From NCBI GenBank assembly GCA_001780275.1, contig MFGB01000017.1, positions 59,841 to 123,840 of the forward strand: a DNA stretch of 64,000 nt, in the 5' to 3' direction. This stretch comes from Candidatus Falkowbacteria bacterium RIFOXYA2_FULL_47_19. GTDB taxonomy: Bacteria > Patescibacteriota > Patescibacteriia > Patescibacteriales > UBA12075. The notes under the pieces are model-generated. The model saw only the letters and a list, made by a program, of their open reading frames with translations, was not told where the DNA came from and did no database searches. The position numbers and the translations under genes were made by a program. Shown piece by piece: positions 40,067-50,807 of this stretch (positions within the stretch are counted from its first letter, which is position 1; each line of letters begins with the position of its first letter).

Positions 40067-41134
40067 ATGGGTAAAGATTACTATAAAATTTTAGGCGTAG
40101 ACAAGAGCGCCGGCGCGGACGATATAAAGAAGGCATTCCGCAAAAAAGCGCACGAGTTCCATCCGGATAAAGCCGGCGGGGACGAGGCTAAATTCAAGGA
40201 GGCTAACGAGGCTTATCAGGTGCTTTCCGATCCTAAAAAACGGGCCCAGTACGATCAGTACGGTTCGACGTTCGAGCACGCCCAAAGTCGGGGCGGTTTT
40301 TCCGGTTTCGGCGATTTTAGCAACGGATTCAACGTAGACGCGGAAGATCTGGGCGATATTTTCGGGGGCATCGGCGACATCTTCGGTTTCGGAGGCGGCC
40401 GGCAAGGCCGGCAGAGGGGCGGAAACGATATCCAGACGGTTTTAACGATCGATTTTGCCGAAGCCGTAACCGGGGCGGACAAAGAAATAAGTTTGCGTAA
40501 AAAGGTCAAATGCTCCCATTGCCACGGCAACGCGGCCGAACCCGGCACCAAGATCGAAACCTGCAAGGTCTGCAGCGGTTCGGGCCGGGTAACAAGGGTC
40601 CAGCGGACAATTTTGGGCAATATGCAGGTACAGACGGCCTGTACGGCCTGCGGCGGCGAGGGTAAAACCTACGCGCAGAAATGCCGGCGGTGTTCCGGCA
40701 CCGGTGTTGTTTTCGAAACGGTGAATTTAAGGGTCAGGATTCCGGCCGGGATCGATGATGGCGAGAGCATCCGCCTGTCCGGCGAGGGCGAAGCCGGAGA
40801 AAAAGGGGCCGGGGCCGGCGACTTGTATTTGCGCATCAGAGTGCGTCCGGATAAGCGTTTCGAGCGCGCGGACAGCGATATAAGATCGGGTGCGACCGTA
40901 AGCTTCACGCAGGCGGCTTTAGGGGATAAGATCGACGTGGAAACGGTCGAGGGACCGGTCGAACTTAAAATTCCGGCCGGCACCCAATCCGGTACGGTTT
41001 TTAAATTGCGCGGCAAAGGCATGACCCGTTTGCGCGGCTCCGGCAAGGGCGACCATTACGTGGAAGTGACAGTGGATATTCCGAAGAGCCTTACGAAAAA
41101 GCAGAAAGAGCTGTTAAAAGAGATGGGATTGTAA
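40067..41134 (+). CDS. dnaJ: Chaperone DnaJ
   Basis: J domain HPD; four CxxCxGxG-type repeats. Confidence 0.97.
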   Translation: MGKDYYKILGVDKSAGADDIKKAFRKKAHEFHPDKAGGDEAKFKEANEAYQVLSDPKKRAQYDQYGSTFEHAQSRGGFSGFGDFSNGFNVDAEDLGDIFGGIGDIFGFGGGRQGRQRGGNDIQTVLTIDFAEAVTGADKEISLRKKVKCSHCHGNAAEPGTKIETCKVCSGSGRVTRVQRTILGNMQVQTACTACGGEGKTYAQKCRRCSGTGVVFETVNLRVRIPAGIDDGESIRLSGEGEAGEKGAGAGDLYLRIRVRPDKRFERADSDIRSGATVSFTQAALGDKIDVETVEGPVELKIPAGTQSGTVFKLRGKGMTRLRGSGKGDHYVEVTVDIPKSLTKKQKELLKEMGL

Positions 41135-41185
41135 TATTTAAAGCTGTCAGCGACAGGATCGGTCGCTAACGACAGAAGATAAATT

Positions 41186-41548
41186 ATGAGTTTAGAACAA
41201 ATCAAACCGCAAAATAATATTTTATTAAACCTTTTCGGCCATGACCATGACGCCCTGGCCAAAAAAATAAGATCCGCCCTGGATGAGGAGGCGCGGGGCG
41301 GTTACGAGCGGGGCACGAACGGTTTTATCAAATCAATAATCGGATCAGTAAAGCTGTCCGGCGACGAATATGCCCGGTGCAAGAAGGAAATAAACATTGA
41401 AATCAGCCGTCTGAAAAAAATCGCGGCCGAAAAATTAGCCGGAAGAGACGATGCGTACCGTCGGGACATGAAAGACCGGGAAGAGGCGGAATGGCGCCGA
41501 TCGTCGGGAATATATGACCCGAGCCTGGAAGAATTAAAGCAGGATTGA
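41186..41548 (+). CDS. Hypothetical protein
   Basis: Open frame in operon orientation; no recognised motif. Confidence 0.55.
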   Translation: MSLEQIKPQNNILLNLFGHDHDALAKKIRSALDEEARGGYERGTNGFIKSIIGSVKLSGDEYARCKKEINIEISRLKKIAAEKLAGRDDAYRRDMKDREEAEWRRSSGIYDPSLEELKQD

Positions 41549-41597
41549 TAAAAACGCCGGAATCATCTATTATATAGATATATAAATAATAGCCAAT

Positions 41598-41960
41598 ATG
41601 ATACCAGAATTACAACCAAGCGATGATTATACCAATAATTATAGACTGGAACTTCTTAAAGCCATCAAAAGCTTATTGAGCAACGAACGGGAATTAAAAA
41701 GGCTTTTGGCGAGCGCGCGGGATAATCTTAAAGGTATTTACGGCTGGGAAGTGATGAGCAACCAGTCAGGCGATAAGCTTGAGCTGGAAATATTGCGCCT
41801 GTCCACCAATAAGAAATATACCAAGGATATGCTCGATAACACCGACGCTCTTCTGGGGCACAAATTCCGCAATACGGTGCATAAATTCGAGGATGAATAT
41901 ATCCGCAAAATAAAGTCCATTGAAGCCTGCAAGAAGATGGCGGAAGAGATCAAGTCTTAA
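41598..41960 (+). CDS. Hypothetical protein
   Basis: Open frame in operon orientation; helical. Confidence 0.55.
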   Translation: MIPELQPSDDYTNNYRLELLKAIKSLLSNERELKRLLASARDNLKGIYGWEVMSNQSGDKLELEILRLSTNKKYTKDMLDNTDALLGHKFRNTVHKFEDEYIRKIKSIEACKKMAEEIKS

Positions 41961-41992
41961 CTCTATATAATCAGCCGCATAATATCTTATCT

Positions 41993-43114
41993 ATGAAGTT
42001 AAAAAATGAATTATTTTTTTTATTATTGGCATTATGTTTCGGCGCCGGTATTTTCGGGGCTTATTTGTTTTATACCCAGGGTCATCCGGCGACCGCGCGC
42101 GAATATGTTTTGGACGAAGAGGCCGCGAGCATAATGGCCATAAAGAAGGTCATTCCGGCAGTCGTCTCGATCATAGTTTACGATTGGGATGATTTTGTCA
42201 CCTTGGATTCACCGACCGGAAAACCGGAAGTCAGGAAACAGCGCCAGGCGAAACTTAAAGGCACCGGTTTTCTTATTTCTTCCGACGGTTTCATCGTTAC
42301 CAACAAGCACGTAGTGGACGCGGCCGACAGGAAGACCGGCGAGTACCGCGTAATCCTTAATTCCGGCAAAGAATATTACGCCCAGTATATCGATAAAGAC
42401 CCCATGAACGATCTGGCGGTTTTAAAGATATTCGACAAGGATCTGCCGGTCGCGGAGATGGGGAATAGCGATAACCTAGAGTTAGGATCAAGCGTTATCG
42501 CGATCGGAAACGCCCTCGGACGGTACGAGAATAGCGCCACTAAGGGAATAGTGAGCGGATTGGGACGGAGCCTCTTCGCGAGCGACATTAACGGCAATAC
42601 GGAAGCCCTGGATAATGTCATCCAGACGGACGCTAAGATAAACATAGGTAATTCCGGCGGACCGCTGATCGACCTAGCCGGACGGGTGGTCGGCATTAAC
42701 GTGGCGATAGACCAGGCCGGTTCGGCCATCGGTTTCGCGATTCCGATAAACGACGCCCGGCCGGTAGTGACCAGTATCCGCGAACGGGGCCGGATCGTGC
42801 GCCCGGCGCTCGGCGTGCGTTATATCATGCTCACTCCGGAAATGGCCCTGGACAACGAATTGACGCGCTCGACCGGCGCCTGGATAAAATCGGGCGATTC
42901 CGAGGTACCGGCGATCCTGCCCGATTCGGCGGCGGCTAAAGGCGGCCTTAAGGCCGGAGATATTATTTTTGAAATTAACGCGATCAAGCTGGAGGGCAAA
43001 AACACCCTGTTGTCGGTCGTGCAGAAATACAAACCGGGCGACAAGATCGGACTCAAGATCCAAAGAGGGGATAAAATTTTGATTTTGACGGTGGTATTGG
43101 GGGAATTCAAATAG
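41993..43114 (+). CDS. HtrA/DegP-family serine protease with one PDZ domain
   Basis: TNKHVV, DLAVLK, IQTDAKINIGNSGGPL. Confidence 0.95.
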   Translation: MKLKNELFFLLLALCFGAGIFGAYLFYTQGHPATAREYVLDEEAASIMAIKKVIPAVVSIIVYDWDDFVTLDSPTGKPEVRKQRQAKLKGTGFLISSDGFIVTNKHVVDAADRKTGEYRVILNSGKEYYAQYIDKDPMNDLAVLKIFDKDLPVAEMGNSDNLELGSSVIAIGNALGRYENSATKGIVSGLGRSLFASDINGNTEALDNVIQTDAKINIGNSGGPLIDLAGRVVGINVAIDQAGSAIGFAIPINDARPVVTSIRERGRIVRPALGVRYIMLTPEMALDNELTRSTGAWIKSGDSEVPAILPDSAAAKGGLKAGDIIFEINAIKLEGKNTLLSVVQKYKPGDKIGLKIQRGDKILILTVVLGEFK

Positions 43115-43229
43115 AGCCCTCACCCGCCTCTCCGCCACTCGGCGAATCTGGCAGGTACCCCCTCTCCAGACTTGGAGAGGGGTTGGGGGAGAGGGAAAAA
43201 AAGACCACTCTGTTTAGAGTGGTTTTTGG

Positions 43230-43463
43230 TTATTGATTGTAGATCCCTTCGTAATAGTGCGTCCTCATTATCTCCATGAATACGTCCGGATATTCACGGA
43301 AATATCTTTGTAGGGCTCTGACCTTGCCCTCGTCGTAATAATCCTGGTATCCTTCGTGTTTGTCCATAACATACAGCCCCGGCTCTTCTTCGGATGCCGT
43401 AAGCTGTACCCATGGGAAGGGGATGATTAATGACGGGAAAACCATTATTTTCTCCTTAGTCAT
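43230..43463 (-). CDS. Hypothetical protein
   Basis: MTKEKIMVFPSLIIPFPW..; overlaps the stop of the upstream gene. Confidence 0.45.
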   Translation of the reverse strand: MTKEKIMVFPSLIIPFPWVQLTASEEEPGLYVMDKHEGYQDYYDEGKVRALQRYFREYPDVFMEIMRTHYYEGIYNQ

Positions 43464-43722
43464 CTTCCTCGCTAATGCCCGAGACGGAGTAAGGGTAAGA
43501 GGCGTTTTCATTGTCGCAGTCGTCGCCATCGTCGATTTTTTTGACGGCGATATTGTATTTTTTCATGATGCGCGTTTTGAATTCAGCGTATGTTTCGTTG
43601 GCGAATTTTCCGCCCTGGTCCTGCTTGACGCGGCGGTATTTTTCAAAAAACGTTTTAAGTTTTTCGTCATCGCCGGCCCTTAAGGCCTCGCGCGCTTCCG
43701 CGAAATCGGTGGCCAGTCCCAT
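43456..43722 (-). CDS. Hypothetical protein
   Basis: AAGGAGG SD before MGLATDFAEAREALRAGD.. Confidence 0.55.
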   Translation of the reverse strand: MGLATDFAEAREALRAGDDEKLKTFFEKYRRVKQDQGGKFANETYAEFKTRIMKKYNIAVKKIDDGDDCDNENASYPYSVSGISEEDD

Positions 43723-43748
43723 AGTTTTACCTCCTTTATTTTTATGGT

Positions 43749-44792
43749 TTACGGCAGATAACTTACGAGACAGCCCCAGTTTTTTTCCGCCAAGAGATTT
43801 TCGGCGTCTTTGATCATGGCCGCGGCGGTCGGTTCGGGGCCGGCGCCGGGTCCACCCGCGGGGCAAGGGAAGATTTCCCGGCATTCTTCATGGGGCGAAT
43901 CCATGGCAAAGGCGTTGTTGGCGCCGGGAATAACGAGTTTTTGCAGGAATTCATTTTTGCCAGGCTGAAAAAATCCGCCGATGATACTGCCCCTGCCGAT
44001 GGTTTTATGGAAACAGATATAGTTATTCCAGCCCTCGATTATTTTTGGCAGGCGCTCGGACGAAAATATCACGTAATACCGGAAACCGCCCGTGGTCAGC
44101 CGGTAATAAGCGGGCGGCGTAACCGGCGTGATACTTATGTCTTTGGCGTCGATGGCCTGCCTGGCATTAAGAATGGTGTTGTGGATAATAATCGCTTTGC
44201 GGGCAGTATCCTTGATTTCAGCATTGACGACCGCGATCGGATCATTTGCCCCGGGCTCGGTAAGACCGAGCTTAAGCGCCTCGGCTATTGTGCCGCCGCC
44301 AAAAAGAAAATTCAGCGTGCCGTTCAAAACGGCGTAGATGGCGGGAGGGGAGGAGTGCAGGTTCAGTCTTTTTTGTATTTCGGAGAGCATCATCGTGCCG
44401 CCGCCGACGGTGGCGCTGTAGCCGATCCTGCCCAGATCGAACCAGAGTTTTATATTCGTAAAATAATCGGACAAGAATGCTTTTTCGCACGTAACGACCA
44501 GAACCCCTTTTTTTAGGGCATGATAAGCGTAATAAAGGGAGATCTGGCCCAAATTCGACGGTGTAGCCATGAACAATATGTCGATTTTCGATCTCTCGAT
44601 CATATCCGGATAATCGCCGCAAGAAAGCGGGGCCGCGACTTGCTTTACCAGTTCGTCATCAGTGAATCTTTCGCGGATTCGGTAAATATTTTTGCTGTCC
44701 GCCGCAAAGATAACGTCCCAGTGCCGGGCCGTGATCTGCCGGGCGAGCTCTTTTCCGACGCGGCCGAGGCCGATTACGCCAGTTTTGACCAT
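43749..44792 (-). CDS. Homoserine dehydrogenase-like protein (no ACT domain)
   Basis: GVIGLGRVG, VVTCEK, SATVGGG, LNGTLNF, DTARK, GPGAG.EPTA.A. Confidence 0.8.
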   Translation of the reverse strand: MVKTGVIGLGRVGKELARQITARHWDVIFAADSKNIYRIRERFTDDELVKQVAAPLSCGDYPDMIERSKIDILFMATPSNLGQISLYYAYHALKKGVLVVTCEKAFLSDYFTNIKLWFDLGRIGYSATVGGGTMMLSEIQKRLNLHSSPPAIYAVLNGTLNFLFGGGTIAEALKLGLTEPGANDPIAVVNAEIKDTARKAIIIHNTILNARQAIDAKDISITPVTPPAYYRLTTGGFRYYVIFSSERLPKIIEGWNNYICFHKTIGRGSIIGGFFQPGKNEFLQKLVIPGANNAFAMDSPHEECREIFPCPAGGPGAGPEPTAAAMIKDAENLLAEKNWGCLVSYLP

Positions 44793-44807
44793 AGATATTC
44801 CTCCCCC

Positions 44808-45203
44808 CTATTTTAAAAGCTGCAGTCTTTTGACGAACGGTTCTGCCTCCTGCCGGGTTATAATACCGAGGCCTACGCAGGTCAACGACCCGGCCGGGAC
44901 CTCGGTATAACCTTTATCTCTGATATGGAAAAATCCCAGAGCAACTAATCTTATGAGATACGATTGTCTGGCCTTAAGCGCGATCTTTTTTTGTTCATTG
45001 CCGTTATGATGGAGCCATTTTTCGTATCTTTTGTATTTTTCGGAACTGAAATGCGAACCGATGCCGGCCCACATCATGTGGTTGGAAATATTGGTGGCTA
45101 CATGGGCCATCTGAATACCGATTTTGGGCGGTGACATATTTAATTCTTGATTAACGATCAGGTACATAATCAGCTCATTCGGGTCTTTTTCCTGTTTCAT
45201 CAT
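44808..45203 (-). CDS. Peptidyl-tRNA hydrolase, Pth2 type
   Basis: LNMSPPKIGIQMAH..QKKIALK..IRDKGYTEVPAGSLTCVGLG..LQLL. Confidence 0.85.
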   Translation of the reverse strand: MMKQEKDPNELIMYLIVNQELNMSPPKIGIQMAHVATNISNHMMWAGIGSHFSSEKYKRYEKWLHHNGNEQKKIALKARQSYLIRLVALGFFHIRDKGYTEVPAGSLTCVGLGIITRQEAEPFVKRLQLLK

Positions 45204-45496
45204 TCCCTCCGGTTTTTCGGTTTAATTTTAAAGGACGTTAAAATATATTTTTAATTATTTAGTAAAATTAGCACATAAATTAAATTTTGTCAAACGGCTT
45301 TAAAAAACGTGAAATAAAAAAAACACGATTATACGCACGCAATAAAATTCGATTTTTTACGTAATAATAAAAAGAAGGTCCTCACTTAATTATCCACAGG
45401 AAAAAATACTTGCAAAAAAATTCTGAGACATTATAATATATAATAACACTATCGGCTGATTAATACTTAAGCCGTTATTTCTTTAATTTTAAAACC

Positions 45497-46426
45497 ATGA
45501 TAGAAATAAAAAATTTAACCAAAAGATTCGGAAATACTGTTATTTTGGATAATATTAACCTTGAAGTAAAAAAAGGGGAAATTCTGGGTTTCCTGGGGCC
45601 GAACGGAGCCGGCAAAAGTACGACCATGAAAATCATCACTAGCTTCTGGTCTCCCACCAGCGGCAGCATTAAGATCGATGGCCTTGACGTAACTACCGAC
45701 TCGCTTAAAACCAGGACAAAGATCGGCTATTTGCCGGAAACCGTACCGCTTTATGACGATATGCGGGTCTATGAGTATCTTAAGTTCATTGCCGAAGTCA
45801 GGGGGATCGCCAAGGAAGATATGAAAAAAAGGCTTAAAGAGGTGGTGGAGGCCTGCGGCCTCAAGAAAGTGCTTCTTAAGCCTATCGAAGAATTATCCAA
45901 AGGCTACCGCCAGCGCGTCGGTCTGGCCCAGGCGATCATGCACGAGCCTGATATTCTTATTTTAGACGAACCCACTACCGGCCTTGACCCGAACCAGATC
46001 GTCGAGATCAGGGATTTGATCAAAAAGATCGGGAAAGAAAAGACGGTAATTTTTTCAACCCATATATTAAGCGAGGTTAGCGCTACCTGCGACCGGGTCT
46101 TGATAATTAACAACGGAAAAATAGTCGGCGAGGGTTCGCCCGCCGATCTTATGGCCAAAGCCGGCGGCCGGGAAATAATTTACGTTAAGATCAAGGGGCC
46201 CAAAGACGCGGTTTTAAGTAAGCTTAAAGAAATGGATAACGTGGAAAAAGCGGAGATGAAAGACCGGGAGTCGGACGACGTTTACGGTTATGAGATCACC
46301 CCCAAGGAAGGCGTAGACCTGCGCGAATATCTTTCCATGACGGTCATGAACAATAACTGGAGCATCCTGGAATTCAATAAGAAGAGCGCGAGCCTGGAGG
46401 ATGTATTTAGAGAATTAACAAAATAG
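45497..46426 (+). CDS. ABC transporter ATP-binding protein (GldA-like)
   Basis: GPNGAGKST, LSKGYRQRVGLA, LDEPT. Confidence 0.93.
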   Translation: MIEIKNLTKRFGNTVILDNINLEVKKGEILGFLGPNGAGKSTTMKIITSFWSPTSGSIKIDGLDVTTDSLKTRTKIGYLPETVPLYDDMRVYEYLKFIAEVRGIAKEDMKKRLKEVVEACGLKKVLLKPIEELSKGYRQRVGLAQAIMHEPDILILDEPTTGLDPNQIVEIRDLIKKIGKEKTVIFSTHILSEVSATCDRVLIINNGKIVGEGSPADLMAKAGGREIIYVKIKGPKDAVLSKLKEMDNVEKAEMKDRESDDVYGYEITPKEGVDLREYLSMTVMNNNWSILEFNKKSASLEDVFRELTK

Positions 46427-46446
46427 CATTATTTAGCCATAACAAT

Positions 46447-46580
46447 AAATTCGAAATTCTAAACTCTAAATTCTAAATAAATTTGAAATTCAAATGACCA
46501 AATCAGAAACAATTATTTAGAACATTTGAATTTTGAGCTTCGAATTTGTTTAGGATTTAGGATTTAGTGATTAGTATTTT
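46447..46580. repeat. Heptamer-repeat inverted element, family A-related (AAATTCT/GGATTTA)
   Basis: AAATTCG AAATTCT AAACTCT AAATTCT AAATAAATTTGAAATTCAAA ... TTTAGGATTTAGGATTTAG; ends at the ATG. Confidence 0.8.
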
Positions 46581-47315
46581 ATGAATAAAACTATATACTG
46601 GAAAACGATATATACGCTTTTTAAAAAAGAGCTCATGTCCTACTTTAACTCTCCGATCGCCTATATTTTTATCGGCGTATTTTTAGTGGTGGGCAATTGG
46701 CTGTTTTTCAAAAATTTCTTTTTGATCGGCCAGGCGAGCCTGCGCGGCTATTTCGATCTTCTGCCCTGGATATTCCTGTTCTTATCGCCGGCTATCACCA
46801 TGCGCTTATGGGCCGAAGAAAAGAAGAGCGGAACGATCGAATTCCTACTGACCTTGCCGGTTACCGACTGGCAGGTGGTGCTGGCGAAGTTTTTCGGAGC
46901 TTTGGCCTTCATGAAGATCGCTCTGTTATTGACAATTACCTTGCCGATCACCGTGGCTTCGCTCGGAAATGTTGACCTGGGACCGGTGATCGGAGGTTAT
47001 CTGGGGGCAATTTTGCTCGGCGGCGCTTATTTGGCGCTTGGCCTCTTTATTTCCTCGTTAACCAAGAATCAGATTATCGCTTTTATTCTCGGATTGGTCG
47101 CTTCTTTCGCCGCTTTCATTATCGGAGCCGATTTTGTCTTAACCGGCGCGCCGAAATTTTTAGTTCCGGTCATGTCATTTCTGGGTTTAGGCAGCCATTT
47201 TTATAATATCGCTAAAGGCGTGATCGATTCGAGGGATATAATATTTTACGGTTCTTTCATTTTTATTTTCCTGTGGCTGAACGCGCGCATGATCGAAGCG
47301 AGAGGATGGAAGTAG
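46581..47315 (+). CDS. ABC-2 permease (GldF-like)
   Basis: KELMSYFNSPIAY; PAITMRLWAEEKKSGTIEFLLTLP. Confidence 0.9.
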   Translation: MNKTIYWKTIYTLFKKELMSYFNSPIAYIFIGVFLVVGNWLFFKNFFLIGQASLRGYFDLLPWIFLFLSPAITMRLWAEEKKSGTIEFLLTLPVTDWQVVLAKFFGALAFMKIALLLTITLPITVASLGNVDLGPVIGGYLGAILLGGAYLALGLFISSLTKNQIIAFILGLVASFAAFIIGADFVLTGAPKFLVPVMSFLGLGSHFYNIAKGVIDSRDIIFYGSFIFIFLWLNARMIEARGWK

Positions 47316-47362
47316 GGAAAGAAAAATATCCGATATCAAATATTCAATCATTTTTATAAAAT

Positions 47363-48907
47363 ATGCCAAATAAAAAAATAAAGAAAACCGACCTGTCAAT
47401 CACAATAATTCTTATTATCGGAATTATTGCGGTGGTTAATTTTTTTTCATATCAGGTTTTTCACCGCTTCGATCTGACCCAGAATAAAGTCTACTCCATA
47501 TCAAAGGTCAGTAAAAAAGCGGTCGAGGAGCTTGATGATACAGTTAATATTAAAGCCTATTTCAGCGATAATCTTCCGAGCCAGGTACTGGCCTTAAAGC
47601 AGGAGGTGGCCGACATCCTTGATGAATACGCGGCTTTTTCCAAGGGCAGGATCAGGGTGGAATTCATTTCGCCCGGCACCGACGAGGATACACAGAGGGA
47701 ATTATATATGGCCGGCATACCGCAGTTGACCTTCCAGGTCTATGAAAAAGACCAGATGCAGCTTGTTAACGGTTATATGGGAATATTAGTTGGCCATGGC
47801 GACAAGACCGAGGTTATACCGGCCGTAAAAAGCGATACGAGCGATCTCGAGTATCAGCTGACAACGGCGATCAAGAAGGTAACCGTGGATGAGATCGCCA
47901 CAATAGGCATTTTAAGCGGCAACGAAACCTTGAGCCTTGAACGCGGGGGGATGAGCACCGCTTACCAGGAGCTGCAGAGCCTTTATACCGTTTTACCGGT
48001 TGAATTGGACGAAGATGGGGCGCTGATACCGGAGAGCATTGACACCCTGATCATTGCCGGTCCGAAGAAAGAATTCAGCGAAAACCAGTTAAAAGCGATC
48101 AATTCGTTTTTGGCCAGAGGCGGATCGGTTTTGCTTTTGATCGACGGGGTAACGATCGGGCAGGGATTAGTAGCGTCGAAAAACGCCTCAAATATCGATA
48201 CCTTGTTCGCTAAGTACGGGATCAAGCTCAATAAAGACCTGGTCGCCGACCAGAGAAGCGGTGTCGCTTCGTTCACGCAGGGTTTCATGACCTTTTCCAG
48301 TAACTATCCTTTTTGGCCCAAGGTGGTCAGCGAAGGATTCAATAAGGACAACAGCGCGGTCGCTAATCTGGAAAGCGTTCTTTTGCCCTGGGCATCGAGC
48401 ATCGAAACCGAATCGGGCAAGATCGATCCGGAACAGGTAACCCAGCTGATCTTTTCTTCCGGTAAGAGCTGGCGGGTACAGGATAATTTCAACGTTACCC
48501 CGAATATCGGCCTGAAGCCGGCCGGAGAACCGAGAAGTTATGATCTTGCCGTCTCTATTACCGGAACGATCCCTAACGCGTATCCGGAGGGATCGGACAA
48601 TGAAAATATCAGGGCCCGCCTGATCGTAGTGGGGGATAGCGATTTTATAACCGATAATTTCCTGCAGCAATCACCGGATAATCTGACGTTGTTTCAGAAT
48701 CTCGTTGATAGCTTAAGCCTTGACGAAGACTTGATCAATATCCGCTCAAAAAGCGTTTCGAGCCGCCCCATCAAGGAAGATCTGTCAGACGGGACGCGGG
48801 CCACTCTAAGGTATTTAAACGTATTCGGACTGACGCTGATCGTAATTCTTTTCGGGTTGCTCAGATACTACATGAGAAAAAGATCAAGATTTATTGACGA
48901 ATTATAA
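47363..48907 (+). CDS. GldG-family ABC auxiliary component
   Basis: RFDLTQNKVYSIS; EYQLTTAI; VVGDSDF; terminal TMs. Confidence 0.88.
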   Translation: MPNKKIKKTDLSITIILIIGIIAVVNFFSYQVFHRFDLTQNKVYSISKVSKKAVEELDDTVNIKAYFSDNLPSQVLALKQEVADILDEYAAFSKGRIRVEFISPGTDEDTQRELYMAGIPQLTFQVYEKDQMQLVNGYMGILVGHGDKTEVIPAVKSDTSDLEYQLTTAIKKVTVDEIATIGILSGNETLSLERGGMSTAYQELQSLYTVLPVELDEDGALIPESIDTLIIAGPKKEFSENQLKAINSFLARGGSVLLLIDGVTIGQGLVASKNASNIDTLFAKYGIKLNKDLVADQRSGVASFTQGFMTFSSNYPFWPKVVSEGFNKDNSAVANLESVLLPWASSIETESGKIDPEQVTQLIFSSGKSWRVQDNFNVTPNIGLKPAGEPRSYDLAVSITGTIPNAYPEGSDNENIRARLIVVGDSDFITDNFLQQSPDNLTLFQNLVDSLSLDEDLINIRSKSVSSRPIKEDLSDGTRATLRYLNVFGLTLIVILFGLLRYYMRKRSRFIDEL

Positions 48908-48911
48908 ACTT

Positions 48912-49178
48912 ATGAAAGTATTAAAATTTGGCGCCGTGTGGTGCACGGAATGCCTGGTAATGAAGCCGATGTGGGGCGAAATTGAAAAGCTTATTCCGGA
49001 ATTGCAGACCGAATTTTTTGACGCTGACGAAAAGCCGGAGAAGCTTAAAGAGTACGGCATAACCGATATCCCGGTTTTTATTTTCTTGGACAAAGAGGGC
49101 AAAGAATTCCTGCGCCTCAAGGGCGTGCAGAACAAAGAAGATCTGATAAAAATAGTCAAGGAAAATATTGATAAATAA
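48912..49178 (+). CDS. Thioredoxin-family protein
   Basis: WCTEC motif, IPVFIF. Confidence 0.85.
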   Translation: MKVLKFGAVWCTECLVMKPMWGEIEKLIPELQTEFFDADEKPEKLKEYGITDIPVFIFLDKEGKEFLRLKGVQNKEDLIKIVKENIDK

Positions 49179-49188
49179 TATTTTGATT

Positions 49189-50127
49189 ATGAATAAAAAG
49201 AATTTAATTTTAGGGGGGATTTTAATAATTCTGATCGCCGCGGCTTATCTCTGGCAGGGACCGGTTAAAAATTGGCAGGAAAGCCGGAAAAAACCGAAGA
49301 ATTTTTTGGCCGGCCTGAACGCGGAGCAGATAAACATCATGGAAATATCCGGTGCCGACAACTCGGTTGTCCTTGAAAAAACCGGAGATAAATGGAAAAT
49401 AGCCGGCACTAAAGATTTTTATTTAAGCTCAAATATCGCGACTGAACTTTTTTCTGAATTAAATAAAGCTATAAAATCAGACATTGAGATTGTTGGAGAA
49501 AATAAAGAAAACAAGAGCAAATTCGAAACCGGGGATAACGGCGTAAAAGTCGTTTTAAAGCAGGGGGAAACGGTCACATTTGAATTTATAGTCGGCAAGC
49601 AGGCCAGCGATTTTATAAGTTCATACGTGTCTCTTCCGAACTCAGATAAAACATACATGGTCAAAGCCGATTTAAACAGCGTCTTCGCGCGCGATGATTG
49701 GTATGATAAAACTATTTTTGCCGCCGACAAGGACGCGATAAACAAGATCAGGTTCCAGTATCCGGGCCGCGAATTTACCATAGAGAAAGCTTCTTCAACT
49801 AACGCGGCCGTGCACGGGCAATGGAGCGGAAGTTCGCCCAATCGGTTCAGCGTTAATCAGGAAAAGGCGGGAAAGATCGTAGATATTATGTCGAAACTTT
49901 CGGCCGCGAAGATTCCGGCGCAAACCTTCGATAATACCGGTTTGGAAAAAAACAGTATCATCGTGGAGGCCACCGGAGACGGGGTAAAAAATACGATCAT
50001 GATCGGCGACGCCTCAACGGATGATAAAAATCTATATTATGCCAAACGCGGGGATAGCGATAATATTTATCTGATCACAAAAGAACAGCGGGACGAGTTA
50101 GAGAAGCAGATCTGGCAATTGCGGTAA
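49189..50127 (+). CDS. DUF4340-like membrane-anchored protein
   Basis: N-terminal TM, two-fold repeated domain; usual neighbour of GldG-type genes. Confidence 0.75.
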   Translation: MNKKNLILGGILIILIAAAYLWQGPVKNWQESRKKPKNFLAGLNAEQINIMEISGADNSVVLEKTGDKWKIAGTKDFYLSSNIATELFSELNKAIKSDIEIVGENKENKSKFETGDNGVKVVLKQGETVTFEFIVGKQASDFISSYVSLPNSDKTYMVKADLNSVFARDDWYDKTIFAADKDAINKIRFQYPGREFTIEKASSTNAAVHGQWSGSSPNRFSVNQEKAGKIVDIMSKLSAAKIPAQTFDNTGLEKNSIIVEATGDGVKNTIMIGDASTDDKNLYYAKRGDSDNIYLITKEQRDELEKQIWQLR

Positions 50128-50197
50128 ATTTAAGTTTTTAGCTTATAGCTTTTAGATTTTACGATTCTAAACGTCGGTCCTTTATTAAGGGGGGTAG

Positions 50198-50446
50198 ATG
50201 AGACCAAGACAGCTTTTTTTCGACTTTGCCTGTACTTGCGCGGGCGAATGCGAAGGGTGTTGTTGCGACAGTTCATCGGAAGACTGGGGTGCCCACGGTT
50301 GGGAAGAATCCGTATGTACCTGCCTTAAAGAGGATGAATGTGATTGCGAAGATCCGGAAGGAGAGGGCGTTTGTCTTGTGAGCAACGAATGCCCGGTACA
50401 CAATCTGTATCCTGACCCAAATCCGGCTTGCCCGGTACATGGATAA
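50198..50446 (+). CDS. 82-aa acidic Cys-rich protein (13 Cys, two CPVH motifs)
   Basis: G-rich SD and downstream hairpin 50451-50473. Confidence 0.6.
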   Translation: MRPRQLFFDFACTCAGECEGCCCDSSSEDWGAHGWEESVCTCLKEDECDCEDPEGEGVCLVSNECPVHNLYPDPNPACPVHG

Positions 50447-50692
50447 AAACAAAGACGCTTTATAAGCGTTTTTTAATTTAATAAATAAATAACTTGTTTT
50501 CGCTCTTAAGAAATGATTTTTTGGTTTTTATGGGTTATTATAAGTATTCGGTATTGTATAGATAATTTGGCGAAATTACCCTGATTGTGATATAATTATC
50601 CACATAAACGTCAATAAAAGAAAAATAGAAAAAATTAAGATTTAGGCTTATTTTTTCTGTTTATCTTATTTTTTATTATCTAGTAATTTCTA

Positions 50693-50788
50693 TTTTTCGT
50701 TAAATTTCGTGGACATTCGTTATTTTCGCGTTTTCGGTTTAAAGGCGCCAAACACGAAATAACGAAAAAATACGAAATAAACGAAAAA
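50693..50788. repeat. Inverted repeat element of TTCGT/ACGAA units (family D-related)
   Basis: TTTTTCGTTAAATTTCGTG..TTCGTTATTTTCG / CACGAAATAACGAAAAAATACGAAATAAACGAAAAA. Confidence 0.7.
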
Positions 50789-50807
50789 GCTGAAATTTTA
50801 AATTTAT

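Noticed and set aside
45497..50127. Gliding motility system
   Set aside because: GldA/F/G-like ABC modules are widespread in non-gliding bacteria; no other gld/spr genes are present.
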